Source: a virus
Lineage: Duplodnaviria > Caudoviricetes
Strand: one strand, 5' to 3'
Length of the DNA stretch: 56,542 nucleotides
Virus record (IMG/VR): IMGVR_UViG_3300017765_000004
Span: 1-56,542 of that record
Below the pieces are notes generated by a model that made no database searches, had not been told where the DNA came from, and worked only from the letters and a program-made list of their open reading frames with translations. A program made the translations under genes and the position numbers. Below, piece by piece: positions 39,550 to 48,605 of this stretch. Within the stretch, counting starts at the first letter, position 1; every line of letters starts with the position of its first letter.

Positions 39550-40092
39550 ATGAGCGCCCTTAATCCAGTTGGAGTTAATACTATACTAAATGGTCCTGGC
39601 GTTAGTAGAACGTCATCACCAATCCCACATCAAAGTGACACCATTAGAGTAGTTGCTAAAATTGATGGAGTTCATATTGCTTTTGGAGCAAATCCAACAG
39701 CTACTGATTTAAATTTTTATGTTGGGACAACAGGGGCAGAAGAGATATCCATTGGACGTCCATCCTCACAAAGAGTTGTTGGTGTAACTACTGGTACAGC
39801 AACAATTATTGATTTCCCTGAGGGCACAGGGTCACCATTTGGTGTTGGTGATGCAGTAACATTGACTGCACCTGGTCAAACTGACTTTAATTTCACACAT
39901 AAACTTGTCACTGCAATTGATAGTTCTTCTGGGCCATCAGGTTATTTCAGTGAAAGAATCACCATTGATCATAATTCAGCATCTGTGACTGATACTTTTG
40001 ATTCAAGTTTACATGCAGAATTAAGAGGATCACTTAAATTCAATGTGTCAGGTTTAGGCACAGCATATGTCCAACAAGTTCAAGTTTCCTGA
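39550..40092 (+). CDS. Conserved hypothetical protein between portal and prohead protease (probably virion-associated)
   Basis: 180-aa beta-rich ORF preceded by TAAATA at 39515-39520. Confidence 0.75.
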   Translation: MSALNPVGVNTILNGPGVSRTSSPIPHQSDTIRVVAKIDGVHIAFGANPTATDLNFYVGTTGAEEISIGRPSSQRVVGVTTGTATIIDFPEGTGSPFGVGDAVTLTAPGQTDFNFTHKLVTAIDSSSGPSGYFSERITIDHNSASVTDTFDSSLHAELRGSLKFNVSGLGTAYVQQVQVS

Positions 40093-40098
40093 GGTACT

Positions 40099-40749
40099 AT
40101 GAAACTAATCAGAGAAGAAATAGAATCAGTTGATTTTCTTGTAGAAGAAAGAAATGGCAAGAAATCAATGTATATTGAAGGTGTCTTCTTACAAGGAGAT
40201 ATCAAAAATCGTAATGGCAGAATGTATCCAATGGAGACTCTGAGAAAGGAGGTCCAAAGATACACTGAAAACCACGTAAACTCAGGAAGAGCACTTGGTG
40301 AACTGGGACATCCAGATGGACCAACTGTAAATCTTGACAGAGTATCACATAAGATTGTTTCATTGAGAGAAAATGGAAGCAATTTTATTGGTAAAGCAAA
40401 AATTCTTGGCACCCCTATGGGTAAGATTGCACAAAATCTTATTGATGAAGGTGTCAAACTGGGTGTTTCATCCAGAGGCATTGGTTCTCTGAAACCTACA
40501 AGAGAGGGAGTCAATGTTGTAGGTGATGATTTCATGCTGGCAACAGCAGCTGATATTGTTGCTGATCCTTCAGCACCTGATGCATTTGTTGAAGGAATCA
40601 TGGAAGGAAAGGATTGGGTATGGGATGGTGGTGTGCTTCGTGAGAAGTATGCTGCAAAAACATACAAAGAGATTAACACACTTGTCACTCAACAACAACT
40701 TGATGAGAAGAAGTTGGATCTCTTCAATAAGTTCCTGAATAACCTTTGA
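40099..40749 (+). CDS. gp21: Prohead core protease gp21
   Basis: 'YIEGVFLQGDIKNRNGRMYP', 'ALGELGHPDGP', 'LGVSSRGIGSL', 'DIVADPSAPDAFVEGIME'. Confidence 0.96.
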   Translation: MKLIREEIESVDFLVEERNGKKSMYIEGVFLQGDIKNRNGRMYPMETLRKEVQRYTENHVNSGRALGELGHPDGPTVNLDRVSHKIVSLRENGSNFIGKAKILGTPMGKIAQNLIDEGVKLGVSSRGIGSLKPTREGVNVVGDDFMLATAADIVADPSAPDAFVEGIMEGKDWVWDGGVLREKYAAKTYKEINTLVTQQQLDEKKLDLFNKFLNNL

Positions 40750-40803
40750 GGTTGTTAAATTACTAAATAAATATAGATTAAATAAGGTAATCGGAGAGTT
40801 CAA

Positions 40804-41889
40804 ATGTCTCGTGGAGATTTACAAGAAATGGAGGCAAGCACAAAGCAATCCAAGACTGCTGTGAATGCCAATGCGAAACCTGCTGATCCTATGCCCACTA
40901 TGGCTGATCCAGGAACACAACTGGGTTCTGTAGAGGACCTTGGAGGACCAACACCTTATAACTACAAACCTGATGATGACTCTGCTAAGCTCAAAGAGCC
41001 TAAGCTTGCCACTGTCAAGGATGTAGTTACCAAAGGTGCTAAGCCTGCTGATCCTATGCCTAAAGGTATGAAGGAAGACGGGGAAGTAGATACTGAAGCA
41101 ACTATTGAAGAAGATCAAGAGATCACTGATGAAGTTGTAGAAGAATCTGAGGAGACAGTTGAAGAGTATGATATTGAAGAGGATGTAGATGCCCTCTTTG
41201 GTGGTGAAGAACTCTCTGAGGAATTCAAAGAGAAAGCAAGAACAATCTTTGAAGCTGCTCTTGGAGCAAAAGTCAAAGAAATCCAAGAGTCTCTTGAGGC
41301 TCAGTATGCTGCCAGAATTACTGAAGCAACTGAGGAACTGAAAGGTTCACTCCAAGAGAGAGTAGATTCCTATCTTGAGTATGTTGCTCAAGAATGGATG
41401 GTAGAAAATGAACTTGCTGTAGAGCAAGGACTTAAAACTGAGATGACTGAATCATTCCTTTCAGGAATGAAGGGTCTTTTTGAAGAACATTATGTAACAA
41501 TCCCTGAAGATAAGTATGATGTCCTCGAGAATATGGTAGACAAACTTGATGAAATGGAAACCAAGCTCAATGAGCAGATCAATAAGAATATTACCCTGAA
41601 CAAGAGACTTGCTGAGTCTTCTGCTCAAGGAATCTTAGATCAAGTTTCTGATGGTCTTGCAGACACTCAGAAAGAGAAGCTCGCTTCACTTGCTGAAAGT
41701 GTTGAGTTTGAAAGTGAGCAAGAATATCGTGAAAAGCTGGAAACCCTGAAGGAGTCATACTTCTCCAGAACAACCACATCTAAGGCAACACCTGAGACCC
41801 TCTCTGAGGGTGTAGATAGCACTCCTTCTCCTACTACTAGAAGCATGGATGCCTATCTCAGAACTCTGGGTGCCTTCAAAGGTAACTGA
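40804..41889 (+). CDS. gp22: Prohead core scaffold gp22
   Basis: Acidic and helical; 'LSEEFKEKARTIFEAA', 'VDSYLEYVAQEW'; located between gp21 and gp23; TAAATA cluster at 40764-40784. Confidence 0.93.
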   Translation: MSRGDLQEMEASTKQSKTAVNANAKPADPMPTMADPGTQLGSVEDLGGPTPYNYKPDDDSAKLKEPKLATVKDVVTKGAKPADPMPKGMKEDGEVDTEATIEEDQEITDEVVEESEETVEEYDIEEDVDALFGGEELSEEFKEKARTIFEAALGAKVKEIQESLEAQYAARITEATEELKGSLQERVDSYLEYVAQEWMVENELAVEQGLKTEMTESFLSGMKGLFEEHYVTIPEDKYDVLENMVDKLDEMETKLNEQINKNITLNKRLAESSAQGILDQVSDGLADTQKEKLASLAESVEFESEQEYREKLETLKESYFSRTTTSKATPETLSEGVDSTPSPTTRSMDAYLRTLGAFKGN

Positions 41890-41932
41890 ATTTAACATTA
41901 ATTCAAACGTAAACAAATTAAGGTAAACGCAA

Positions 41933-43378
41933 ATGTTCCAATCAGAACATCTGCAGGAAAAGTGGAGTCCACTTCTCGACTATGAAGGTCTTGATCCAAT
42001 CAAAGATTCACATAGAAGAGCAGTAACCGCTGTCCTGTTAGAGAACCAAGAAAAATTTTTAAAAGAAGAGCAAGCATTTGGATCAGGTATGAACCTGATG
42101 GAAGGACCTCCTGCTTCATCTGCTGCTAATAGTGCAGGCACAGGTGGATTCACTGGTGGTGCCACTGCTGCTGGTCCAGTAGCAGGTTTTGACCCTGTTC
42201 TGATCTCCCTGATCAGACGTGCAATGCCTAACCTGGTTGCATATGACCTGGCTGGTGTTCAACCAATGAATGGTCCTACTGGACTGATTTTTGCAATGAG
42301 ATCCAGAAAGGATTCTCAATCTGGCTCAGAAACCTTCTTTGATGAAGTAGATACAGCATTCTCTGGGCAGAATGTTGGACTGGGTCTTACTGCTGCCAAC
42401 TCTGCTGCACAGCAGGCTGTTGGTATGGGTACAACTTCACAAGGTGGAACTAATCCATCTGTACTGAACCCTGTTGGTGGTGCTGGTGATAACCAGGCTT
42501 ATAACACAGGCACTGGCATGACCACTGGTGAGGCAGAAGCCCTTGGCACAGTAGATGCTGATGGTGCCTTCAACCAGATGGCATTCTCAATTGAGAAAGT
42601 CACTGTAACTGCCAAGTCAAGAGCCCTGAAGGCTGAGTACTCACTGGAGCTTGCTCAGGACCTCAGAGCCATCCATGGTCTGAATGCTGAAGCAGAACTT
42701 GCTAACATCCTCTCTACTGAGATCCTTGCTGAGATCAACAGAGAAGTCATCAGAACAATCTACAAGGTTGCTGAGCAAGGTGCTGTTTCTAACACTGCCA
42801 CTGCTGGCATGTTTGACCTGGACATTGACTCCAATGGTAGATGGTCTGTAGAGAAGTTCAAGGGTCTTCTGTTCCAAATTGAGAGAGATGCTAATGCAAT
42901 CGCTCAAAGAACAAGAAGAGGAAAGGGTAACATGGTTATGTGCTCTGCTGACGTTGCTTCAGCACTGACCATGGCTGGTATCCTGGATTACACCCCTGCC
43001 CTGAACTCCAACCTGAATGTTGATGACACTGGCAACACATTTGCTGGCACCATCAATGGTAAGTTCAGAGTTTACATTGACCCATATGCTGCTAACCTGA
43101 CTTCAGCAAATGCTGCCTCTGCCTCTGGCAACCAGTATTATGTTGTTGGTTACAAAGGCACATCACCTTATGATGCAGGTCTCTTCTATTGCCCATATGT
43201 ACCTCTGCAGATGGTACGTGCAGTTGGAGAAGATACCTTCCAGCCCAAGATTGGCTTCAAGACCAGATATGGTCTGGTTGCCAACCCATTTGCTGAAGGA
43301 ACCACCCAAGGTCTGGGTAGACTGCAAGTCAATAGCAACCGCTACTACAGAAGAGTTGCTGTTAAGAACCTCATGTGA
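41933..43378 (+). CDS. gp23: Major capsid protein gp23
   Basis: 'LQEKWSPLL', 'AGFDPVLISLIRRAMPNL', 'GVQPMNGPTGLIFAMRS', 'KSRALKAEYSLELAQDLRAIHG', 'FYCPYVPL', 'QPKIGFKTRYG'. Confidence 0.99.
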   Translation: MFQSEHLQEKWSPLLDYEGLDPIKDSHRRAVTAVLLENQEKFLKEEQAFGSGMNLMEGPPASSAANSAGTGGFTGGATAAGPVAGFDPVLISLIRRAMPNLVAYDLAGVQPMNGPTGLIFAMRSRKDSQSGSETFFDEVDTAFSGQNVGLGLTAANSAAQQAVGMGTTSQGGTNPSVLNPVGGAGDNQAYNTGTGMTTGEAEALGTVDADGAFNQMAFSIEKVTVTAKSRALKAEYSLELAQDLRAIHGLNAEAELANILSTEILAEINREVIRTIYKVAEQGAVSNTATAGMFDLDIDSNGRWSVEKFKGLLFQIERDANAIAQRTRRGKGNMVMCSADVASALTMAGILDYTPALNSNLNVDDTGNTFAGTINGKFRVYIDPYAANLTSANAASASGNQYYVVGYKGTSPYDAGLFYCPYVPLQMVRAVGEDTFQPKIGFKTRYGLVANPFAEGTTQGLGRLQVNSNRYYRRVAVKNLM

Positions 43379-43401
43379 TACAGGGTATATCCCACACACA
43401 C

Positions 43402-43426
43402 AGACCCCCAGATGGGGGTCTTTTTT
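43402..43426 (+). terminator. Rho-independent terminator after gp23
   Basis: AGACCCCC-agat-GGGGGTCT followed by a T run; late promoter TAAATA at 43438-43443 follows. Confidence 0.85.
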
Positions 43427-43455
43427 ATGCGTTCAAATAAATAGTCAAAAAGGAT

Positions 43456-44067
43456 ATGACAAGTAGTAATCCTGGCACTACTAGACCAAGGCAAGAGCCA
43501 AGTAGTGGCACACTGAAGAAAGCATTTCTAAATCAGATAAAGGATAGAAACTTTCTTGCACCAACTGGTTTTCAATTCAGTGTCACAAGATCACCAAAGG
43601 TGAGTTATTTTGGTAATATGATCAATATTCCAGGTATCACACTTGGTGTAGCAAATCAGTCATCATACTTAAAGATGATCCCCAGACCAGGTGAGATTAT
43701 TGATTTTGAAGATCTTACTCTTAATTTTCTTGTAGATGAAAATTTAGAAAATTATATTGAAATACAGAATTGGATCAGAGGAATTGGTTTTCCTGAAACA
43801 CTAGAACAAATCTATGATTTTCAAGAAGAGAAGGATCCTACCACTGGTGTTAACAGAGAGAAAAATCAAGAAATAGATTTATTTTCTGATGGCACACTTA
43901 CAGTGATGAATAATTTGAACATTCCCAAGTTTCATGTTAAATTTGAGGGATTATTTCCATATTCTTTATCATCTCTTCAGTTTGATGCAACTCAGACTGA
44001 TCTTGACTACTTTACAGCGCAGGTAAGTTTCAAGTATAATATATACAATATTGAAACTATAGAATGA
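43456..44067 (+). CDS. gp3: Tail completion / tube terminator gp3
   Basis: 'RNFLAPTGFQF', 'FEDLTLNFLVDENLENY.EIQNW', 'SDGTL', 'FPYSLSSLQFD'; follows gp23. Confidence 0.88.
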   Translation: MTSSNPGTTRPRQEPSSGTLKKAFLNQIKDRNFLAPTGFQFSVTRSPKVSYFGNMINIPGITLGVANQSSYLKMIPRPGEIIDFEDLTLNFLVDENLENYIEIQNWIRGIGFPETLEQIYDFQEEKDPTTGVNREKNQEIDLFSDGTLTVMNNLNIPKFHVKFEGLFPYSLSSLQFDATQTDLDYFTAQVSFKYNIYNIETIE

Positions 44068-44498
44068 TTGACTTGGAGGGAATCCAAGAAATGTGGAAAA
44101 AGGATTCCAATATTGACCCTGATAATCTACATACTGAATCTCTGAACATACCAGTCCTTCATGCAAAGTACTTTGAGATGTTCAACACTATTCTGCTACT
44201 CAGAAAAAAAGCAGAACAACAAAGAAAAAATATTAGACACGAAAGGTATGAATATTACTCTGGAAAAGCAGATCCAGAAGTTTATGTAATCAACCCTTTT
44301 CCCAAAAAGATCAGAGATAAAGATACAATGCAGAAGTATCTTGATGCTGATGAAAGACTTTCAACTGTATCATTGAAAATAGAATATTATGATACAATGA
44401 TAAAATATATTGAAGAAATTCTTAAACAGATAACTAATAGAACATACCAAATTAAAAATGCAATAGAATTTATGAGATTTACATCAGGATTGGGATGA
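44064..44498 (+). CDS. uvsY: Recombination mediator UvsY
   Basis: 'W.KDS.ID', 'IPVLHAKY', 'YYSGKA', 'RTYQIKNAIEFMRF'. Confidence 0.9.
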   Translation: MIDLEGIQEMWKKDSNIDPDNLHTESLNIPVLHAKYFEMFNTILLLRKKAEQQRKNIRHERYEYYSGKADPEVYVINPFPKKIRDKDTMQKYLDADERLSTVSLKIEYYDTMIKYIEEILKQITNRTYQIKNAIEFMRFTSGLG

Positions 44499-44532
44499 CT
44501 TATCATAAAAGTACACTTATAAAAATCAATCT

Positions 44533-44739
44533 ATGGAAGACAACTTAGAAGAACCAAGTTTTACAGTTACACTCACACCTGCTGACATGTTTCTTTTATA
44601 TGATTCTGTTAAGACAAAAATACAATATTGGGCAGGAGGTAATCCCGAAGAGCAGGAAAGACTTTTTCTTTTAAGAGATGAACTTTATAGGGGAGTTCTT
44701 GAGTATAAGTATGAACATATTCATATTGATAGAGAATAA
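44533..44739 (+). CDS. Hypothetical protein
   Basis: 68-aa ORF filling the uvsY-uvsW gap; 'WAGGNPEEQERL' motif. Confidence 0.65.
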   Translation: MEDNLEEPSFTVTLTPADMFLLYDSVKTKIQYWAGGNPEEQERLFLLRDELYRGVLEYKYEHIHIDRE

Positions 44740-44764
44740 ATAATTGTAGGTCAATTCCTACATA

Positions 44765-46228
44765 ATGGCAGATTTGAAAATACAAAAGATAAACGAAGTA
44801 TATCTGCAAGTACAAACTGAACCTCATATTGAATATGAGCTGAGAGATAGATTCACTTTTGAGGTTCCTAATAAAAAATTCATGCCCCAGTATAGATCAA
44901 GATACTGGGATGGATTTGTGCATCTTTTTAATATGAAGACCAAAAGAATCTATGTTGGACTTTTGGATAAAATTGTAGCATTCTGTGAAACATCAGGATA
45001 TTCTTATGAATTTGAAGATAATAAATTTTATGGACTACCATTTGAAGTAAATGATTTTGTATCTCACAATGGTGTGAAAGATTACATGAAATCAATCACC
45101 AGTTTCAAACCTAGAGACTACCAGATTGATGCTGTATATGATGCACTGAGATATAATAGAAAGTTACTTATATCACCAACTGCTTCAGGCAAATCTCTGA
45201 TGATATATTCTATTGTTAGATATTTTGTTGGTTTAAATAAAAAAATTTTACTGGTTGTTCCAACAACATCTCTTGTTGAACAAATGTTCAAAGACTTTCA
45301 AGATTATGGTTGGGATGCAGAAAACCATTGTCATAGGATCTATGCTGGTAGAGAAAGAGTCAATACTAATGAGGTTACAATCACAACCTGGCAATCAGTG
45401 TATCAATTGGATAGAAAATTCTTTGAGGAGTATGATGTAGTCATTGGTGATGAGGCGCATCTTTTTAAGAGTAAGTCACTTATAGGTATAATGGACAAAT
45501 TACATCATGCAAAATATAGATATGGATTTACAGGAACTTTGGATGGCACACAGACCCATAAGTGGGTGTTAGAGGGTCTCTTTGGTCCATCATACAAAGT
45601 CACACAAACTAAAAAATTAATTGATGAAGGACATCTTGCTACACTTGATATACAATGTTTAGTATTAAAATATAAACCACAAAAATTTGATACCTATGAA
45701 GATGAAATACAATTCTTAATAGGTCATGAAAAAAGAAATAATCTTATTACAAATCTAGCACTTGACTTGAAAGGTAATACATTAATACTTTACTCTAGAG
45801 TAGAAGCACATGGTGCTGTAATTTTTGATAAGATAAATAAAAATGCTAGTGACAAAAGAAAAATATTTTTTGTCCATGGTGGTGTAGATGCTGAAGATAG
45901 AGAGCAAGTTAGAAGCATAACTGAGCAAGAAAATGATGCTATTATTGTCGCTTCTTATGGCACTTTCAGTACAGGTATAAATATTAAAAATTTACATAAT
46001 GTAATCTTTGCCTCTCCATCAAAATCTCGTATTCGTAATCTTCAGAGTATTGGTAGAGTCCTAAGAAAAGGCAAAAGTAAAGTGAAAGCAAAACTTTATG
46101 ATATTGCTGATGATCTATCAACTAGATCAAGAAAGAATTACACACTAAATCACTTCATTGAAAGAGTGAAAATTTATGTTCAAGAACAATTCAATTATGA
46201 GATTACATCAGTTAACATAAAAGACTAG
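44765..46228 (+). CDS. uvsW: SF2 DNA helicase UvsW
   Basis: 'PRDYQ', Walker A 'SPTASGKS', 'DEAH', 'GFTGT', 'STGINIKNLHN', 'QSIGRVLR'. TAAATA at 44737-44742. Confidence 0.96.
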   Translation: MADLKIQKINEVYLQVQTEPHIEYELRDRFTFEVPNKKFMPQYRSRYWDGFVHLFNMKTKRIYVGLLDKIVAFCETSGYSYEFEDNKFYGLPFEVNDFVSHNGVKDYMKSITSFKPRDYQIDAVYDALRYNRKLLISPTASGKSLMIYSIVRYFVGLNKKILLVVPTTSLVEQMFKDFQDYGWDAENHCHRIYAGRERVNTNEVTITTWQSVYQLDRKFFEEYDVVIGDEAHLFKSKSLIGIMDKLHHAKYRYGFTGTLDGTQTHKWVLEGLFGPSYKVTQTKKLIDEGHLATLDIQCLVLKYKPQKFDTYEDEIQFLIGHEKRNNLITNLALDLKGNTLILYSRVEAHGAVIFDKINKNASDKRKIFFVHGGVDAEDREQVRSITEQENDAIIVASYGTFSTGINIKNLHNVIFASPSKSRIRNLQSIGRVLRKGKSKVKAKLYDIADDLSTRSRKNYTLNHFIERVKIYVQEQFNYEITSVNIKD

Positions 46229-46241
46229 ACAGGAGGTAAGT

Positions 46242-46643
46242 ATGATAGAAGATGATTTCTACTGTACCATCAAATTAAAACATAGTGGTGAAGAAATATT
46301 TGCCAAGGTAGCAGCTAGTGAAGAAGAGGATAGAACAATGTTGATTGTATCCAATCCTGTCTGCATTGAAGAAATAAAAATGAGAGGTAAGACTTGTGGT
46401 TACAAGTTTGAACCATGGTTAAAAACAACAAGAGAAGATATGTTTATCTTGAAGATGGAAGATGTTTTAACAATGAGTGAATCTGATGATATTGATTTAA
46501 TTGTATACTATCAAGATTTCGTTAGAAAAGGGCAAAAAGGCAATAAAACAAGACCTAATAGACAAATGGGATATATATCTAGTGTGCATGAAGCCAAAGA
46601 GGTACTAGAAAAGATCTTTAAGTTAGATTCGTATAAAAGCTAG
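46242..46643 (+). CDS. Conserved hypothetical protein (Sm-like fold suspected) between uvsW and gp55
   Basis: GGAGG SD; 'IKLKHSGEEIFAKV...NPV...EPW' pattern; conserved position. Confidence 0.75.
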   Translation: MIEDDFYCTIKLKHSGEEIFAKVAASEEEDRTMLIVSNPVCIEEIKMRGKTCGYKFEPWLKTTREDMFILKMEDVLTMSESDDIDLIVYYQDFVRKGQKGNKTRPNRQMGYISSVHEAKEVLEKIFKLDSYKS

Positions 46644-46669
46644 TTTCTTTCTTTCAACCAGACAAACCT

Positions 46670-46698
46670 AGTCTAATGCTGATTCATAGGGTTGTCAA
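46670..46698 (-). promoter_or_regulatory. Putative antisense sigma70 promoter
   Basis: Minus strand reads TTGACA (46698-46693), 17-nt spacer, TAGACT (46675-46670). Confidence 0.5.
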
Positions 46699-46720
46699 GT
46701 CTTATTAAATTTGATATAAT
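46692..46720 (+). promoter_or_regulatory. Sigma70-type promoter for gp55
   Basis: TTGTCA (46692-46697), 17-nt spacer, TATAAT (46715-46720), with a TG extension. Confidence 0.8.
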
Positions 46721-46744
46721 GTTTTAAGAACATTATTCATTACT

Positions 46745-47293
46745 ATGCCATTCATTAAAAATGCCTATGGAGTTATGAGTAGTCCTAAGAAGTCTGAGCA
46801 TTATGTGAATAATAAGGATTTCCTTGCTGCTCTGATTGACTATCGCAGTGATGTAGAGTTATCCTTTTTTAAACTACATGGTAGAGAACCCACCAAAGAA
46901 GAGAGAGCAAAGAGGTGGGAAACCAAGCCAGTTATTCCAAGTTACATTGGAGAATGTTTTCTGAAGATTGCTAATCACCTATCATATAAACCAAACTTTG
47001 TGAACTATATGTTCAAGGATGATATGATCTGTGATGGTATTGAGAACTGTGTAAGATATATTCACAACTTTAATCCTGAGAAATCAAAGAATCCATTTGC
47101 TTATTTCACTCAAATCATTTACTATGCATTCTTGAGAAGAATTACTCAAGAGAAGAAGCAACTTGAGATTAAAAATAAAATCTTAGAGAGAACTGATTTT
47201 GATGAGGTCTTTGATGCCAATGACCTTGACAGCAGCAACTATTCTGAATATAATAGCATCAAGGATAATGTTCACTCTAAGTTGAGAAACTGA
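46745..47293 (+). CDS. gp55: Late-transcription sigma factor gp55
   Basis: 'EHYVNNKDFL', 'YIGECFLKIANHLSYKPNFVNYMFKDDMICDGIENC', 'NPFAYFTQIIYYAFLRRI'. Confidence 0.96.
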   Translation: MPFIKNAYGVMSSPKKSEHYVNNKDFLAALIDYRSDVELSFFKLHGREPTKEERAKRWETKPVIPSYIGECFLKIANHLSYKPNFVNYMFKDDMICDGIENCVRYIHNFNPEKSKNPFAYFTQIIYYAFLRRITQEKKQLEIKNKILERTDFDEVFDANDLDSSNYSEYNSIKDNVHSKLRN

Positions 47294-48333
47294 TGCGTCT
47301 TGCTATTATCACTGATACTCATTATGGTGCAAGAAAGGGTTCTAAACTCTTTCATGACTATTTTGAGAAGTTTTATAATGATATCTTTTTTCCATCTTTG
47401 GATGAGAATAAGATTAAAACAGTCATCCATATGGGTGATGCCTTTGATAGCAGGCGTGGAGTAGAATTTAGATCACTTGAGTGGTCCAAAAGAGTTGTCT
47501 TTGATCCTCTCAAAGAAAGAGGTATTACTGTTCATCTTATGGTGGGCAATCATGATGCATATTATAAAAATACTAATGATGTCAACTCAGTGGATCTACT
47601 TTTGAGAGAGTATGATAACATTAATGTTTATTCTTCTCCAACAGAGGTGAAGATAGACAACCTTGATATTTTATTCATTCCCTGGATTTGTGAAGAAAAT
47701 GAGAAAGAAACTTATCAACTTATTGAAAGTACAACTTGCAACATCGCGATGGGGCACCTTGAACTCAGCGGATTTAGAGCTCATAGAGGCTGCATCATGG
47801 AGCATGGTCATGAGAGCAAACTATATCAGAAGTTCAAGAGGGTGTTTTCGGGTCATTACCATACAAGATCTGATGATGGAAAAATCTTCTACCTAGGTAA
47901 TCCATATGAAATATTCTGGAATGATGTCAATGACACCAGAGGATTTCATATCTTTGATACAAAAACATTAAAGCACACACCTGTTGATAATCCATATAAG
48001 ATGTTTTACAACATCTATTATGAGGACACTGACTATCAAATGTTTGATGTTAGAGAGTATGAAAACAAGATTGTAAAAGTCATTGTGAGAAAGAAGACTG
48101 ACTCTCATAAGTTTGAAAAATTTATTGATAAACTTTATTCTGCTGGAGTTTCTGATCTTAAGATCGTTGAAAACTTTCAACTACAAGAGTCAGAAGACTT
48201 TGAAGTTGAGGAATCAGAAGATACAATGTCTATCCTTGAAAGATATATTGAGGAATCTGAGACTGAACTGGATAAAGCATTTATCAAAAGTTTGATGAAG
48301 ACTACTTACCAAGAAGCATGTGAGATGGTATAA
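47293..48333 (+). CDS. gp47: Recombination endonuclease subunit gp47 (Mre11/SbcD-like)
   Basis: Phosphoesterase motifs 'TDTHYG', 'GDAFD', 'GNHD', 'GHL', 'SGHYH'. Confidence 0.95.
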   Translation: MRLAIITDTHYGARKGSKLFHDYFEKFYNDIFFPSLDENKIKTVIHMGDAFDSRRGVEFRSLEWSKRVVFDPLKERGITVHLMVGNHDAYYKNTNDVNSVDLLLREYDNINVYSSPTEVKIDNLDILFIPWICEENEKETYQLIESTTCNIAMGHLELSGFRAHRGCIMEHGHESKLYQKFKRVFSGHYHTRSDDGKIFYLGNPYEIFWNDVNDTRGFHIFDTKTLKHTPVDNPYKMFYNIYYEDTDYQMFDVREYENKIVKVIVRKKTDSHKFEKFIDKLYSAGVSDLKIVENFQLQESEDFEVEESEDTMSILERYIEESETELDKAFIKSLMKTTYQEACEMV

Positions 48334-48605
48334 TGTACATACTCACTATACTTGGAAAAGAAAAAGAGGGTGCATATTCTGTAATAGATGAAGATGGGGA
48401 GAATGTTCTTTATCTCTTTGAAGAGGATGATGATGCTATGAGATATGCCATGCAGTTGGAGGAAGGTGGATATCCAGAGATGCATGTGCTAGAAATAGAT
48501 GAAGAGATGATGTTGAAGACTTTAGAACTGCATGATCACAAATATGCAGTTATTTCAAAAAATGATATTGTAATACCTCCTGAAAACGCAAATGATTATC
48601 TTTGA
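48333..48605 (+). CDS. Conserved acidic hypothetical protein between gp47 and gp46
   Basis: Overlaps both neighbours; 'EGAYSV...LYLFEEDDDAMRYAMQLE...DIVIPP'. Confidence 0.75.
   Translation: MYILTILGKEKEGAYSVIDEDGENVLYLFEEDDDAMRYAMQLEEGGYPEMHVLEIDEEMMLKTLELHDHKYAVISKNDIVIPPENANDYL

Noticed and set aside
40870-41060. Duplicated KPADPMP (CCTGCTGATCCTATGCC) in gp22
   Set aside because: Short repeat in the flexible scaffold N-terminus; no sign of a separate function.
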